In this document: piece by piece, positions 41,862 through 55,900 of the stretch
How positions within the stretch are numbered: the stretch's first letter is position 1
Layout of the letters: the number at the start of each line of letters is the position of its first letter
Assembly (NCBI GenBank): GCA_973895155.1
Contig: OZ316898.1
Location: forward strand, 17,598,752-17,662,751
Origin: Marsupella aquatica
Lineage: Eukaryota; Plantae; Marchantiophyta
Direction: 5' to 3'
DNA length: 64,000 bases
Position numbers and translations under genes: made by a program
The notes under the pieces: generated by a model
Told to the model about the DNA's origin: nothing
The model's input: only the letters and a program-made list of their open reading frames with translations
The model's database searches: none

Positions 41862-43181
41862 TCAATTAATATCAGTATAACCTGAGCCCCTTCGATGCCA
41901 CAAGTGGTCGATTAAATCATTTCTCAAGCGGAAATGGTTTTCTTTTTTGTGAATTTCTCTATTGGCCTCCAGGAATTCAAGCCAGGGCATTAACCCTCGT
42001 CTCACATTTGGTGGCCTCACCCTCAGATATGGAGTAAACTCTTCACCTCTTTCATCCTCTAATTATATCATATTGTGGAGGACCACACATGCCATGAGAA
42101 TGTGAGTCAAGTTTGACTCATACCAAGATCTTGCAGGCCTCTTGATAATTTCAAACCTGGCTTGGAGCACACCAAATGCCCAATCACCATCTTTCCTGGC
42201 ACCTTCTTGGCATCTGGCAAAGTGACTAAACTTTTCATTCTGTGGAGAATGAATAGTGGAAATGAACATTGACCACTCTGGATAGATGCCATCCACTAGA
42301 AGATATGCTCTATTATACTCAACACCGTTCACATGGAATGAAACATTAGCAGAATCATTTGATAACCATTCATTCAAAAGAGGGGATCTGTCAAGCACAT
42401 TCAAGTCATTGTTGCCCCCTGCCAAACCCCAGAATGCATGCCAGATCCAAAGTTCCTGATGTGCAATTGCCTCCAGTATGATAGACTTGGTCTTATCCTT
42501 GTCACTGTATTGCCCCTGCCAAGCAACTGGGCAATTTTTCCATTGCCAGTGCATGCAATCCAAGGATCCAAACATTCCTGGAAATCCCCTCTCTTGATTA
42601 ATTTCCAAATGATTCTGAAAATCTTGAGCGTTTGGCTTTCTCAAGTACCTAGCTTCATAGATTTCCCTAATGGCTTTTGTAAATCGATACAAAGACTCCA
42701 AGGCTGTCCTCTCTCCGATTCTACAATATTCATCCATGGCATCTGCCCCTGTACCATAAGCTAGTTGTCGTAGAGCTGCCGTTATTTTCTAGTGTGGAGA
42801 CAGACCTGGTTTTCTTGCTGCATCAAACTTCAAACATAAATAATCATCATGTTCACACACTGCAAGAAGGATTTTGTTGAATAATCTATTGCTCATTCGA
42901 AACCTTCTTCAAAATTTGAGTTCTCCATATGTAGGATTATCAGAGAAATAATAGTTCCACAGATCCTGTGCACCCTTCTCTCTATTCTGGTTGACATTCA
43001 TGCTTCTGCCTGGCCTTGACCCTCCATGTTTTCTTATCGTTGGAGGTGCCAGAATATGTTGGATGGACAACGGTCCACTATACATCATCATCCCCCAAAA
43101 TTGATCCTCCTCATCCCAATCGTCTTCATCATCTTCCACCATGTTCAAGAATTCCTCCCTCCATGCCTCCATAGGATCCAT
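41862..43181 (-). pseudogene. H2 Harbinger transposase, single frame with stops at 42909, 42789 and 42063
   Basis: Motifs F*RRFRM, GFPGMFGSLDCMHWQWKNCP, YLLVDGIYP, RKDGDWAFG (catalytic Glu lost) and HFRLRNDLIDHLW. Confidence 0.9.
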
Positions 43182-44581
43182 AGCAGCAAACCCGCGCAAA
43201 CCAAAATCTGAAAAACAGAGCACGGGCGATGGCGCACAACATCGAGGAGGAGAAAGACACCAAGAAACCAATTTGCTGTCTTGGTCATCGCGAACATGAC
43301 TGATGATGAGAAGATTGACAGGTTCAAACCGGGACTATACCAGTTCAAACCCTGGTTAACGAATACAGGTCTTATTTTGGAGGCGACCGGTGGGGAACGT
43401 TCAACTCGTCGTGTGCCATGCTATTTCCCAGGTGTTATTCCAGGGGTCAAATTTTTGGCTATAGCGGCCAAGGGCTGCCAAACCGTTGGAGATGCTCTAA
43501 GGGGGCCTACATTACAGGAGTTAGGGCCACAGGCAAAAAGTGTGCGGAAGCCTGGGAGGCAGGTATGCACAGTGCGTTCGCAGCATTTGACGGTTGGCTG
43601 TGGCAGGGTCACTTGCTGATACTTTTGTGTATGTGGACTTACATAGTGTCCTGGTAGGTAGGCGCTGCGGGGCCTTAAAATTATTGTCCTTATCAAAGTT
43701 GGGTGCCCGCTTCATGGGCCCACATCCGCACTTTCAGCCATCCATCTCAGCCCGCTTTGTATTGCCTGTGGGAGATATTCGAGACTCCGTAATTGCACAT
43801 CAATTTGTGACAATACAACGGTAATACACAGCGTGGTGTCATTCCATACCATGATAAACTCATTTTTTGTGTACAAATCATAGTGTACACCATATTATCA
43901 GATTTTGACGTGCAACTACCTGAGGCCACCGCATCCACATTTGGTGGTGCCTGTAAAATACCATGCACAAAGGATTAAGTATTATTAGTTCTGTTGGACG
44001 GTGAGGTTTCACAGTTACCTAGGGGCCTCTACATTTGGTCATTTGGTGGCACCCTCACCTATGCCCCTGTTCTGCCAGCTAACAAGAACAAAAGCCCAAT
44101 GCTCGGGAGAGCTTGCAAACTTTATTACAATAGCCCAAACACACAGCCAGCTAACCAGAATGTAAATTCGATATAGAATAAAGGTTACCGGTGTGTAATC
44201 ATTTCTGTAGGTCCTCCCATAATCTCCTGCCTGGAGACCTGTGATAGTTAGCTGTTTTCCATACCACATTGTTCTAGTGATAGTTAAGTATTTTATGTAC
44301 CACATTTAAGTACTAATGGGTTCAGTCTGAACCCTGCCAAAATGCCCAAACAAGCTTTTCTTCATTTTCTGGTCACAAGGTTAAATCTTAGTCACCCAGT
44401 GCCCAAACCTTAGTTATCCTACACATAAGGGGGGCTATACAAGATGGTGGGGGCCATTCAGTGTATTTCCATCCAAAGCAAAGCAGAGGGCGGTTTCACA
44501 CAATAGAGTTAAAATGCGTGAGCCAGATGTGTCTGGTCTGGAGGTAACAAATGCAAATACCCTGAATAGAAATGGCCACTT

Positions 44582-45000
44582 GGTCCATTCTTTTAGCCCA
44601 CAAGAGGAGGTCTAAGTTTTTGACAAAAAAGCATAAACACATCAGGTCCATTCTTTTAGCCCACAAGAGGAGGTCTAAGTTTTTGACAAAAAAGCATAAA
44701 CACATCAAGCCCCTGGCACATGACTAAGATCAGTAATGGTTTTGCCAGATTGTGCCTCAAGTTCATGTAAACGTGTGGCATGTTCCCACATTTGAATGGC
44801 TAACATTGCATCTTGCACATAGAAAACAGAACTGCTGTTGCCGAGTTCTGGTAAAGCCCCCCTATAAGCTATTGCAGTAGCCTGTAAACGTGTGGCATGT
44901 TCCCACATTTGAACGGCTAACATTGCATCTCGCACATAGAAAACAGAACTGTTGTTGCCAAGTTCTGGTAAAGCCCCCTATAAGCTATTGCAGTAGCCTG
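44582..45000. repeat. Two adjacent two-copy tandem repeats (64 bp x2 at 44582-44707; 117 bp x2 at 44766-45000)
   Basis: ggtccattcttttagcccacaagagg...cacatca x2; tgtaaacgtgtggcatgttcccac...gcagtagcc x2. Confidence 0.9.
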
Positions 45001-46200
45001 AACCCATAGGAAGGACTCCCTGTACCTAGACTCCAATGCTCATCCTTAGTCACAAGCATAATCTAAAAATATTCAATATTCTTTTATTAGATAAATTATG
45101 GCATATGGCTTCACTCTATGATAACTTCACTATGTGAAATAGGTCATGAAAGATACTTTGTGAATTACAGTATACATTTACCGTCACCTGGTGCTCAACC
45201 AAAGATCACTGGCAGAGTGCTTTCCAAAGATATAAGCTGAGTGTGGGAGGTTGGAGACAAGTTTAATATGAGGTTTGAGACCAGCTATTTTATGGTAATC
45301 CTAGTTGGAAAATCTCCCCCTGCAAAACTTAAAACGATAAAACCATTCCGTGTCTTTATGTTGCCACCAAAAATGGCTGAAATTGCCACTGGTTCTGAGC
45401 GACTTACAAACGTGCCATAGCTTTTGGTGAAACATTGGAACTTAGTTCGAGTTGATTACTTCCATAGAAAGCTTAAATTCAGCCCAAACTCTAATTCATC
45501 GTGATTTCAACCTCAGGTTGAGCTGTAATTCACCTGATTGCGGAGGACTTCAAATTGAGCCCACGTTTTACCGGAGATTTCCAACTGAGTGACCAGTCTA
45601 ATTACTCACGATTTGGATAAAAGCTTACAAGTGACCTTGAAGTCTAATTCATCAAGATTTGAAAGCTTCAAACTCTGCTCGAACTTCAATAGATCATGGT
45701 GTCAATAAATGCTTGAAAACGAGCTAGCTAACTGTAATGTGGTGAAATCTCCAATCAAACTGAAGTCTGATGGATCATGATTTATCTAGTAGCTTCCAAC
45801 GAACTTCTAAGCCTGACTGATGATGAATCCGAAAGTAGAAAAGTCGGCTACAAAATCCAAAGACAGGAAACAGAAGACAATTGACAACAGTTTGACCAAT
45901 GATTGGGCAATCTTTGATCGCTGTTAGCGATAGTGCTGTATATTACAATCATCTCTTAAAGCCAGGTGATAAGTTTGTAATGCAAGACTTGTCTCTCAGA
46001 GGTCACTGAATGTCCTCTATGTTCATAACAGAGACAAGTCTGAGAACCGGTCCTGGAACCAAGGCACGAGATGATTTGTACTTAACGAATTGAAGCACAA
46101 ATTGAAGATTACTGACGAGACAAACCCTATTGATCTCGGACTGATCCTAACGAAACTAGATCCGCTCCAGAGTACATGAAGCAAACCCTTTCAACGACAT

Positions 46201-48310
46201 CTATCTCCCTAATCTAGACAAGATAAGGACTCCAACTACAGAAAAGCATGCGCACGCAAACGTTGCTACGCAGATCATGAATGCAAAAAGTTGATTTGGA
46301 AGCTTCAAAAATTCTTGCATCTTCGTCAAGCCTCTGTCTATGAAAGGTGCAAGTGCAGCAGCCCCAGCAACTCGAAATGGTCTAGTGACATTGTTGCCAC
46401 CCCACATGAGCACGACAACCTGAACAACATCCACGAAATTTATTGTCAAAAATGCAAGCTGCCTTCCTTCAAACCTGTTTCATTTATATGAAGCTGCCAG
46501 TTTACCGTATTGTTCACATCCGTCTCCAAGAACAGTAGCAAGAGAGGTTAAAGAAGGTGGGAGGGAAGAGAGGGAATCAAGGCTTTGTGTACTGCAGTGT
46601 CCAGATGAGAATGAAGCAGTGAAGCTTTGAATATCAGAGGAGCTTACCAATAGCAACCGTTAATCAATCTATCAAGAGAATATTTAAAGGTGTGTTGAAG
46701 GATACAATCTACCTAGCGCACATCTGACTAAGTGACTTGAACCGGACTTAACCCGGAAAGACAGACAAATCCAAGTGTTTCCTTACCAAAAATACAGCCT
46801 CCCTAAAACCACGTACATATTTATGTGACATGAAAGGAACTCACCCCCAGGAGAGCCTTGAGGTTGGTAGCAGGGTTTTGGCCTGTGCTCTTTTCATAAC
46901 TAAGGAAGGCTAGAACAAAGAATGTTGTGTATGTGATGCCATCGAAAAGACCGTAAGCTAAAACTGCTGCAAGGCCCCACTTGGAGACCTTCGCGCGGAG
47001 TTCTGTAGCATTCGTCTGTGAACAAGACACATTTTTCAATCAAGAAAGAAAGGGAAACGTTACGGGGAAACGTTAGGTCTGCCTCGGAAAAATCAATTGA
47101 AAATCACTGCACGTGAAGTTCTCTGAAACTACAAATCTACGGTTGGTAGGGAACCTACTCAACCACATCAAAAGCCTCTTAGAAACTAGTCACGAGATGT
47201 ACAGAAATCTAGCGAAATCGGCTGACTGACGAAAATTACTGCCACAAGGTAGATTCTTCCAACTTTTAATGTATGCAACGAAGCAAATCGCAACTGTTGT
47301 TGAAGATGAAATTGTACCCGCCAGTTCTGCCAGAAAGACTTTGGATCTTCTTCCTGCAACAATCACCAAGCCCAGACCCAATTAATACATAGCATGAGCG
47401 AAATGTATCTGACACACCTTCATTGTCAACGAATTAGCAATACTACTTAAATAATACGGCATAACGTGTAGATTAGCACAAAGAGCAACAACATGTCTGC
47501 ATTTGGGCCAATACTGCGGGCTCGGAAAAGGATTTGGCAGTACAGTACTGAATAAGTGGGACCATTGTTCAAATACCGTCGTGCTATTTGTAATTAATTT
47601 TCCAAGTTTCCTTCTTTGGTTGCACAACCGCAGAATCCACGATTGGGTCGTTCATCAGGCCTGTGCTGAACTTTTGCAGTATGCTGCGTCATTATTTCTT
47701 AGAGGGTGATGATGCGTCACAAAGGGTTGGTTGATACTCTGATATCAGAACTAGAGAGCTACTGGCAGATTATGCACATTCTACAAAGCAATCTACAAGC
47801 AGCCGTTCTCCAAAGTTTAGGGTTTAGTCAGAAGCATCAACCTTAGACCCAATTAATGCATACCATATGCGACATGTAGCTGGCATTGCTGCCATGCAAT
47901 GGAATGCCAAAAGATCATTTCCCAAAACAGGAATAAAAGCATTAGATAGAATGTTGACCATTATCTAAAATCATTGCCAAGAGTCTCACCGCTATTGTGG
48001 ATTCCCTTGGGGAGTCTCCTGCTGATGATGATGATAAGGAAGAATCTGGAGAGGAAGAGGGCGGATCAGCTGCAGCCAAACACACGTGCGAATTGCCTTT
48101 TCTTCTTCCAACACTCGCGACTGGAAAACGAGAGCCTTTGCAACGGTACCATTCCCGTGGTGGTAAAAAATCACCCTTCTCGCTCTTCTGCGAGAAATTC
48201 AACACCTCACTCCTGACAGTCCGACGAGATTGCTGCTGCAGTGGACGAGGCTTGGGGAAAGGGAAAGTGGCAATGCTGGTCGACAAGGAACACTTTAATA
48301 AGGTCGTCAT
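46201..48310 (-). CDS. Conserved uncharacterised plastid-targeted membrane protein (DUF1279-like), 236 aa; exons 48310-47990, 47015-46845, 46419-46201
   Basis: S/R-rich transit-like N-terminus; WGLAAVLAYGLFDGITYTTFFVLAF; MWGGNNVTRPFRVAGAAALAPFIDRGL; three phase-0 GT-AG exons. Confidence 0.85.
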
Positions 48311-49181
48311 GTCGTGATCACCTGGAATCTTCAATCGAGTCAAGCATCCAGAATCCAGCTATGGCTGTACAGGCACTGGACTGGACTGGACTGGACTGGA
48401 CTGTGCTGAGCTGAGCCCGGAACCAGCTCAACTCATGAGAACAAAATCATTCTCATTATCATCACCAAGTGAGATCGATTCTAGCGACTTATGTGAACCA
48501 AGGCGATGCCAACCATTTCAGCTACTGACCTGGGCAGCTTCGCTAAACAGATGATTTTCACTCTACTGGCTGAAGTTAGTTTGCCCAGCAATTGGCCAGA
48601 TCACAATTTTCAGTATCCCTCTGGGTTATGTGGGTCACTGGGTTTGGGCAGATCACTCTCCTTCATTGAGTGATGGAGCGAATGGAAATGACAAAACGTC
48701 GGGTGGCGATTTCCTGCCCTTGAGCGAGTGATAATTCGAAGCTTTTTGGGGGCACCCTCACCTCTTTCTGTCCAGGGCTGCCATTACGGGATTTGGGGAG
48801 GTGAAATGCATATGGTATATATTGTTTAATCTTCCGGGCCTGGAATGGAAACGAGAACAAAGGAGAAAAGGGGGGACCACCCTAGTATTTTAAGGCTGCC
48901 ACTTCAAAGGGGAACATGAGGCGTCGTCCTTGTGGCGAGGGGATCTATAAACCACAACTACGTCTTATACATTTCGGTGCACAGTCATCTTTATGAAATC
49001 TTTTTTTATATTAAATACAACATCTTCACAGGATGCAAAAGTGGTTTAAAATACGACACCTTTCATTGATTTATAACAAACAATTTTACTACCACCATGA
49101 GTGACCTCTTTAACAAGAGAACTGCATGAAGAGTCTCTCTCCTTTGAACTTCGTCGTGAATATCCTGGAACCATTCCAAAG

Positions 49182-49334
49182 TGGATCTTATTTCAATTCG
49201 ACTTAGTTTGCTAGTCCATCATGCCATTGGTCAATTGCTGTCCACAAAGCAAGCCATCTGGATCTTATTTCAATTCGACTTAGTTTGCTAGTCCTCATGC
49301 CATTGGTCAATTGCTGTCCACAAAGCAAGCCATC
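49182..49334. repeat. Two-copy ~77-bp tandem repeat
   Basis: tggatcttatttcaattcgacttagtttgctagtcc...cacaaagcaagccatc occurs twice. Confidence 0.9.
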
Positions 49335-49979
49335 TTTTCCAATTTGTGCATTGATGAAAGTCCTCAGTTCAGTGTGAAGTCAAGTCGGATATACTGCCAA
49401 GTCGGATGCACTGCCAAAAGTGGTTTAGTTGGCTTGAGACAAGTGATCTTAATTCACAAAGAACCCTCTCCAAAGTGCGGTGAGCTATGGATTATAAAGC
49501 ATTGCAAACATACAAAGAGAACGTTCACATGCTTTAATAAGTGCCAATGGGAGAGTTCAACCTCCTCATCTTCAATTTGTGTCCGATGCATATTGCAGCT
49601 CTCTTTGCTTAATGTTCGCCAACTACAAGAGAAAAACTGTAGGCCTTCAATAATCTCCCTAAACTCTGACAGTTCATATGAGCATTCCATCAACACTTTG
49701 CACAAACGTGTCTTGATGCCGGGAGTTGTTATTGTCGAATGCAAGTTCTCATACATTCCTCTTTTCTCTGTCAATAATTCCTATTACGCAATAACATACA
49801 AACCTGTGTCAATATCTGTGAATGGCCCTCAAAAATCAAGAAGGGCCTAAAAAATGTGATGACCTAAAGCCTTCCAGGTGCTCTCGCAGTCGAAACAGGA
49901 GACTACTTTTCTAAAAAAATTGAACTAGAGTTTCCTGCTTCCAACGGGAGACATCCTGGAGTAATAATGATAGTATACA

Positions 49980-52900
49980 TTAGGAACCCTGAATTGACTG
50001 CTGAAGCTGCTTTCTAATGCTCTGTACTTGTGGCTCTATTGACTGATTCCCCTCTTGGTCACTAACAATTACTTTTGTCGCCATATTCTCAGTTTCAACA
50101 TACTGATCACTACGCTCTGCGGCACTATTGACTGATTCCCCTTCTTGATCACTAAGCATTGCTGTCGTGCCCATATTCTCAGTTTCAACAGACTGATCAC
50201 TAGGCTCTGCGGCACTACTGACTGGTTCCCCCTCTTGGTCACTAATATTTGCTTTTGCGGCCATAGTCTCAGTTTCAACATACTGATCACTACGCTCTGC
50301 GGCACTACTGACTGATTCCACCTCTGGGTCAATAACATTTCCTTTTGTGGCCATATTCTCAGTTTCAGCATGCTGATGACTAGGCTCTGCGGCACTATTG
50401 ACTGATTTCCCCTCTTGGTCACTAAGCATTGCTTTTGTGGCCATATTCTCAGTTTCAACATATTCATCACTAAGCTCTGTGGCACTGTTGACTGATTCCC
50501 CCTCTTGGTCACTAAGCCTTGCGTTTGTGGATATATGCTCAGTCTCAACATCCTGATCACCAGGCTCTGCGGCACTGTTGACTGATTTCCCCTCCTGGTC
50601 ACTAAGCATTGCTGTTGTGGCCATATCCTCAGTCTCGACAGACTGATCACTAAGCTCTGTATCCATGACCCTACTACCCTCACCTTCAATAGTCATTTTC
50701 GTGTCTATCTCAGGCACGGGCAGTGCAGGTGCAGGTGCAGGTGCAGGTGCAGATGCAGGTGCAGATTCAGATTCAGATGTCTCATCCGTATTACCCTGGA
50801 AGTCATCCCAGTCGTCGTCTTCTGAATCATCCTCCGGTGCGCTCTTGGTCTCCAGTGCACTTGGAGGAGGTTGTAATGAACTACTGCCTGGAGGTGGGAA
50901 CAAAGGCCTTGGACCATTGGACGTAGATGCCGTAGAAGGTTGCGACGGTTTTGGTAGTTCCAAGGGCAAAGGAGAAGGAGTAGTAGGCAGCCCTGTCTTG
51001 CCGGTTGGTTGTGGTTGTTGTTGCTGTTGTATAGATGCTTTGATAATAGTCTGTAGCTGTTGGCGAGACTCAGGCTGCAGCTCCAACATCACAGCCTTGA
51101 GTTGTGCGGCAGTGGATGGAACGGATGCAAGACGGGTAACCAGTTTCACAGCCGCAGTTCTCAGTGGTGTGGAGCCGGACTCCAAACTCTTGTCTTCAGT
51201 CTCAGCAGTAGCCGCGCCGATCATTGCTGGTAGTAGCAAATGTAATACATTCTGCTGTGCTTTGTCCCCTTCCACTAAGGAATGCCAAAGAATCAACAAT
51301 TTCAAACTCTCCGCAACTGCTGCAGCTGAAGCTGTCGTTAATGGTTTCTGAATTGAACTGTACACAATCTGCACAACATCTGCACCAACGTCACGGAGCA
51401 GCAAAAGGGCCCATGCATGAGGAGCCTCTCCTTCACCTGATGGTTGTTTCGTCGATCCTCCTCGGCTGACAACGCTCTCCAGAGACTGAAGGCCAGCTAG
51501 CTGAACCTGTATGTCCCTACTACTGGAAAGTAAGTAGCGAAGACAGTCGATACAGCATGCTTGTGCACACTTTCTGAAGTTTCTTCCCTCTGCCACATCT
51601 ATATCAGGAACAGCACACACCATTTCCATAATTACTTTCAGGAAAATTCTGACACGCGATGATACTGTAGAAGCTCCGTCAAGGTTGCTCTGTGGTCCTT
51701 CGACATGTTCTTTTTCTTCCTGTCCGGCAGCATATTTGATGCATAATTGTGCCAAGCTCTCCACCCCAGCAGCCAAGAGAGAAGCCCTCATGATCTGGTC
51801 AAATGTGTCACCCTCGTCAGTTGAACAACCACTTGGAGGCGTGGCGACGGCACCAATTAGAGAGCTCATAAATTCAAGAGTGGAAGATGCCACACTACTG
51901 CCATCCACCGATACCAAGTTCAAAAGCTTGATTCCTGCCGAAAGTAACTGTGGCAGCAGCAGGTCCCCATCCTCGGCACTCAAATGGCCCACAAGGTTTC
52001 CGAGACTTCCTAAAGCAGATGACATCACAACAAGTTGTGATTTGTCCACAATTCCAGGCGGAGAGACGAAACCTCCATTGAGACACTGAAAGATTTGGTA
52101 TAGACAGAGTTCAACAACTCGTAAGGAAATATCTCGACTTTCCAGGTATGACGGAGGACATGACTTGACCACCTGATCTACCAAACTTAAGACAGCAGAT
52201 GCAGAAACTTCCCTTAAGAAGGGAGATGAGATGACTTGCATCAGCTCATTGCACAGCGTGACGGATATCATATCTGGATTGTAAAAACCTTTGCAGCAAA
52301 GGCATCGAAGAGAGTTCAGGGCAATCAACTCTGGTATGGCGGTCTTCACCAGCTTGGAACTGTGGTGATAGGGCATGCTTCCGACAGCCGGTCTCCTTTC
52401 TATTGACTTCTTACCTGCATTACTTACGACGAGCATGCAAAGTGCCCACACTTGACGAAAATCGTCCACATTGAGTACTATGCCCTGCTCGGTGGAATCT
52501 AATTCGTCATCACCCTCTTTATCAGACAAATTTGAAGGTGCCTTTGCAAGGGCATCCAGTGTGACTGCTTCTAAAACAAACAACCACACCTCAGACAAAT
52601 ATTGTTCCACTGTACGTGCTATTGTCACGATTTGAATACCCTCCAGAAATGGCTGATATTCAGTTGGCAGTTTTGTTTTCCTATGAAGTGTAAGTGCCGT
52701 AAAATCCCTTAAAAGACCGATCCAATATGGACCAAGCGTGGTGGCTCGCTTTGTCAAGAGAGAACTTATCATCTTCCCATCTGGAGAATTCTTGGCATGC
52801 GTCTTCAGGCAAGCAAGGGCCCCCAAAAGGGTTACTTGGACCTTGCATCCAACCCACTCTGCAAAATTAGGATTCACAATATCATCCCATCTCAGTAGCT

Positions 52901-55900
52901 GTTTAGTCAACAAGTTCACCATTCGCTGAAGTAGAGGAACGTCTCCATCAGCGTTGCCACTGGTGATTATCCTGGCCACTAATTTTGATCCACTTGCAAC
53001 AAGCAGAGGGCTTGCCGACGGGTGGTCCAGTGCAGTCCGAGCGGCTGAAACCAGTTGTGCCTGATATTGCTCCAAAAGAAGATGTCCCTCATACATTGGG
53101 TCCCTCGTCTCTGCGAACTTCTCTAATATGACATCTAACAGCTCGATACCCATGGGTCTGATAATCTCCATAGGCCCTGTCGCAATCTGATATGCTACGG
53201 CAACTAGTTCTCCTAGGTGGAGGACAAGCCAATCTCCAAAAGATTCTAGCGATTTGGCACGTCCGAGATCAAAATGTGTGGGATCATTTCCCACAACTGC
53301 AGGTAATCGACGAAGACATTCTGCAGCAAACACTCGAGTCTTGAATCGAGGTAGTTGATCCATGCCCTTTGTGTTCATATCATCTTCATGTCTTCCATAT
53401 ATCCCAGTATGAGAATTCTCAATGATCATTCCTTGGTCGTCGTCTCCAAGCATGTCCACTTCCGTGTCTAAGTGAGAATCGTAGTCCGGCCCGCCTTCAA
53501 AGGCAGCAGCTGTCTTTGTTGTTGAAGCTGAAAGAACCACATTACGACAGAGATGAAGCCACCTAGAGGGTAATGAAGGGCATGATTCTTCGAACAATCG
53601 TTGCAGGGTTAAGCGAACAACATGGATAATATTTTCATCAGTCTCCTTATCCAGCATTGCAAAGAGATCCTGCTCAATTCGCTCTTCACACATTGCGACG
53701 GCATCTATCTCAGACATGTGATGAAACGTGGAGACTGCAGCCTGTCGAAGAGAGGGCTGCCTTGATGTGAGAGTAGGTCTGAGTGTATTCACATGGGCAT
53801 GAACAGGAACAGCTAACGGAGCAAACAGAACTAACTGCTGTGTGAAAAGCACACACTCAAGCAATGCTGCAGGCTCTCCACTAGTACCTATCTCTGCGAC
53901 TACTGCATTGCATCGAGTGAAAAGGGAACTTCCAGGAGACAATTCAGGTCCGAGTACTGCAACTATTGCATTTATGAGGCGACCGATGCTCTGCCCAAGT
54001 GCTGCTGCAACATGTTTCTCGGAAAGTAGAAGCTCCATAACCAGTGAGAGAGTTGCCTGGACCTGAGGAACATAAGCTAGACCAGCTGCATCGGCAGTAA
54101 GCCACAGTCCATGAAGGGGCCAGACAGGGAAGCCATCACTCGGATCCTTGGCCAAAGCACACAATGTCCGAACCGTTGCCGGTACCAAAGCTGATAAAGC
54201 CATTCCCCCAACGCTCTGATGCACGCAACCTAAAGCAAGAGCAACAGATCCTTTGAGGGGCAAGTAATTTGTGGTTGCTCTCGCATCTGCTAGCAATGAT
54301 CGAGTCAAGCTAACAGCAAAAGAATCACTGCCCAGACGGGCCAAGATTCCCAACCCCTCAGCTGCAGCACGCCGCTGAGCTGCTAACACTTCATCATCAC
54401 CCAGGATTCCCTGAAGAATTGCCTGCAATTGCTTCATAGCGTCCATGTCTGAACCAGGAGGTCGCAAACCTATCGAAGCCTTTAGCGCCCTTAAAAGAGC
54501 CACACAGGTGTTCGTCATATTTGCACTATGCCAGACTTGCCTCTTCCCAGATCGGCCTGCGTCAATCACAATCTGGATAAACTGCAGCTTTTTCGCCTCT
54601 TTCTGAGCAGCAAAAACAGTTCCGAAGCAAAGTAACATCTCATCTACGAGCATTGTAGTCAACGGCAAGGGTTGCGGGAAGGCAGACACTTCATAATCCC
54701 AGATACAGGGCGACAGATCGTCGGTACCACCTTCAAAGGCACGAAGTTCATCTTCAAAGGAATCCCTTCCAGGTATCCATGGCCCAAGCGAAGCATCTCT
54801 GCCGTCCAAAAGCTGCCTCAAACACGAACTGGCTCCAAATGATGCAGGGTCTCTAAATGGAGCTGTGCAGAGAGAGAGAAGACGAGAATGGTCCTGCTGG
54901 TAGGTCACGGGATCCGGTATAGCCTGGAAGGCCCTCAGCATTCGAATGGTAAAAAGGTCTATTGCAGGTCTCAGCCCAGAAGAAGCTTGTTGCAAAACGT
55001 TGGATGACAAGTAGGACAACGCCTTGCTGAGATAACTTATAAGAGGCTGGAGTAGAATTCCTTCGTTTATAGTAGCTGACATTGAAGGCACGACAAAGTA
55101 CGTCACAAAAGCGTTGAGTGCCTCCAACGCAGCTGACCACACATTTAATTGGACCTGTAACATGCTTTGAGACCCCTTAAGCCGCTCTTCAACCTTTTCC
55201 CCCAATTCCTTTGTCCACAGAAGCAGTAGATCTATCTTTTGCTCTTCTATTTCCTCCTTCGGCATAGAGGAAACAATTGAGGCTATCAACATCCACCCGG
55301 CCTCGTTCTCGGCGCACACGGATATGGGATTCCCTTTCTTTTGAAGCACCATTGCTTTTGCAAGGTCCCACACAGCAGCCGGGAGCCTCGAGGGCACACC
55401 AAGAACCAACCTTGGGCATGCTGTGAGGATTGCAGAAAGCATGGCTCCCTGTCCATGTAGTGAATCCAAATCCTGCCTCAGACGTTCACCCTTTTCAACA
55501 GCCACAGTCTCACGAAGTGCACGAAGGGTTGTAACGCCGCAAGAAAGTAGATTGTTAGCACTCGTTGCATCCACCTCGGCAAGCGTGCGCAGAACCAGAG
55601 CTGCTTCTACTCTCACCACCCTGGATTGGTTGGAAAGCATTGTGACCAAAGAGTTGTCCAAGGCATCATGGCCGGTCTCGGAAATCTCTCCAAGAGTGGC
55701 CAGGAGATGTGACAAAGTCCTCAAAATCACGACAAGCATGGCAGGATTGATATCAGGGGCAGACACCTGGTTTATCAGATTGTCCGTTAACTGTTTCTGA
55801 GTGGATTCACCCATTTGTTCCACAATCCCAACGCGAAGACAGAACAAAATACAAGCCTGTGCATGAGTGTCAGGACTAGAAGCAAGCATTCCGATTGCCT

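Larger units (their letters stand above)
39217..43497 (+). mobile_element. PIF/Harbinger transposon H2 (4281 bp), more decayed
   Basis: TIR GAGCATCTCCAGCGGT (39217-39232) / ACCGTTGGAGATGCTC (43482-43497), matching at 15/16; TAA at 39214-39216 and 43498-43500; same two-gene layout as H1. Confidence 0.95.
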
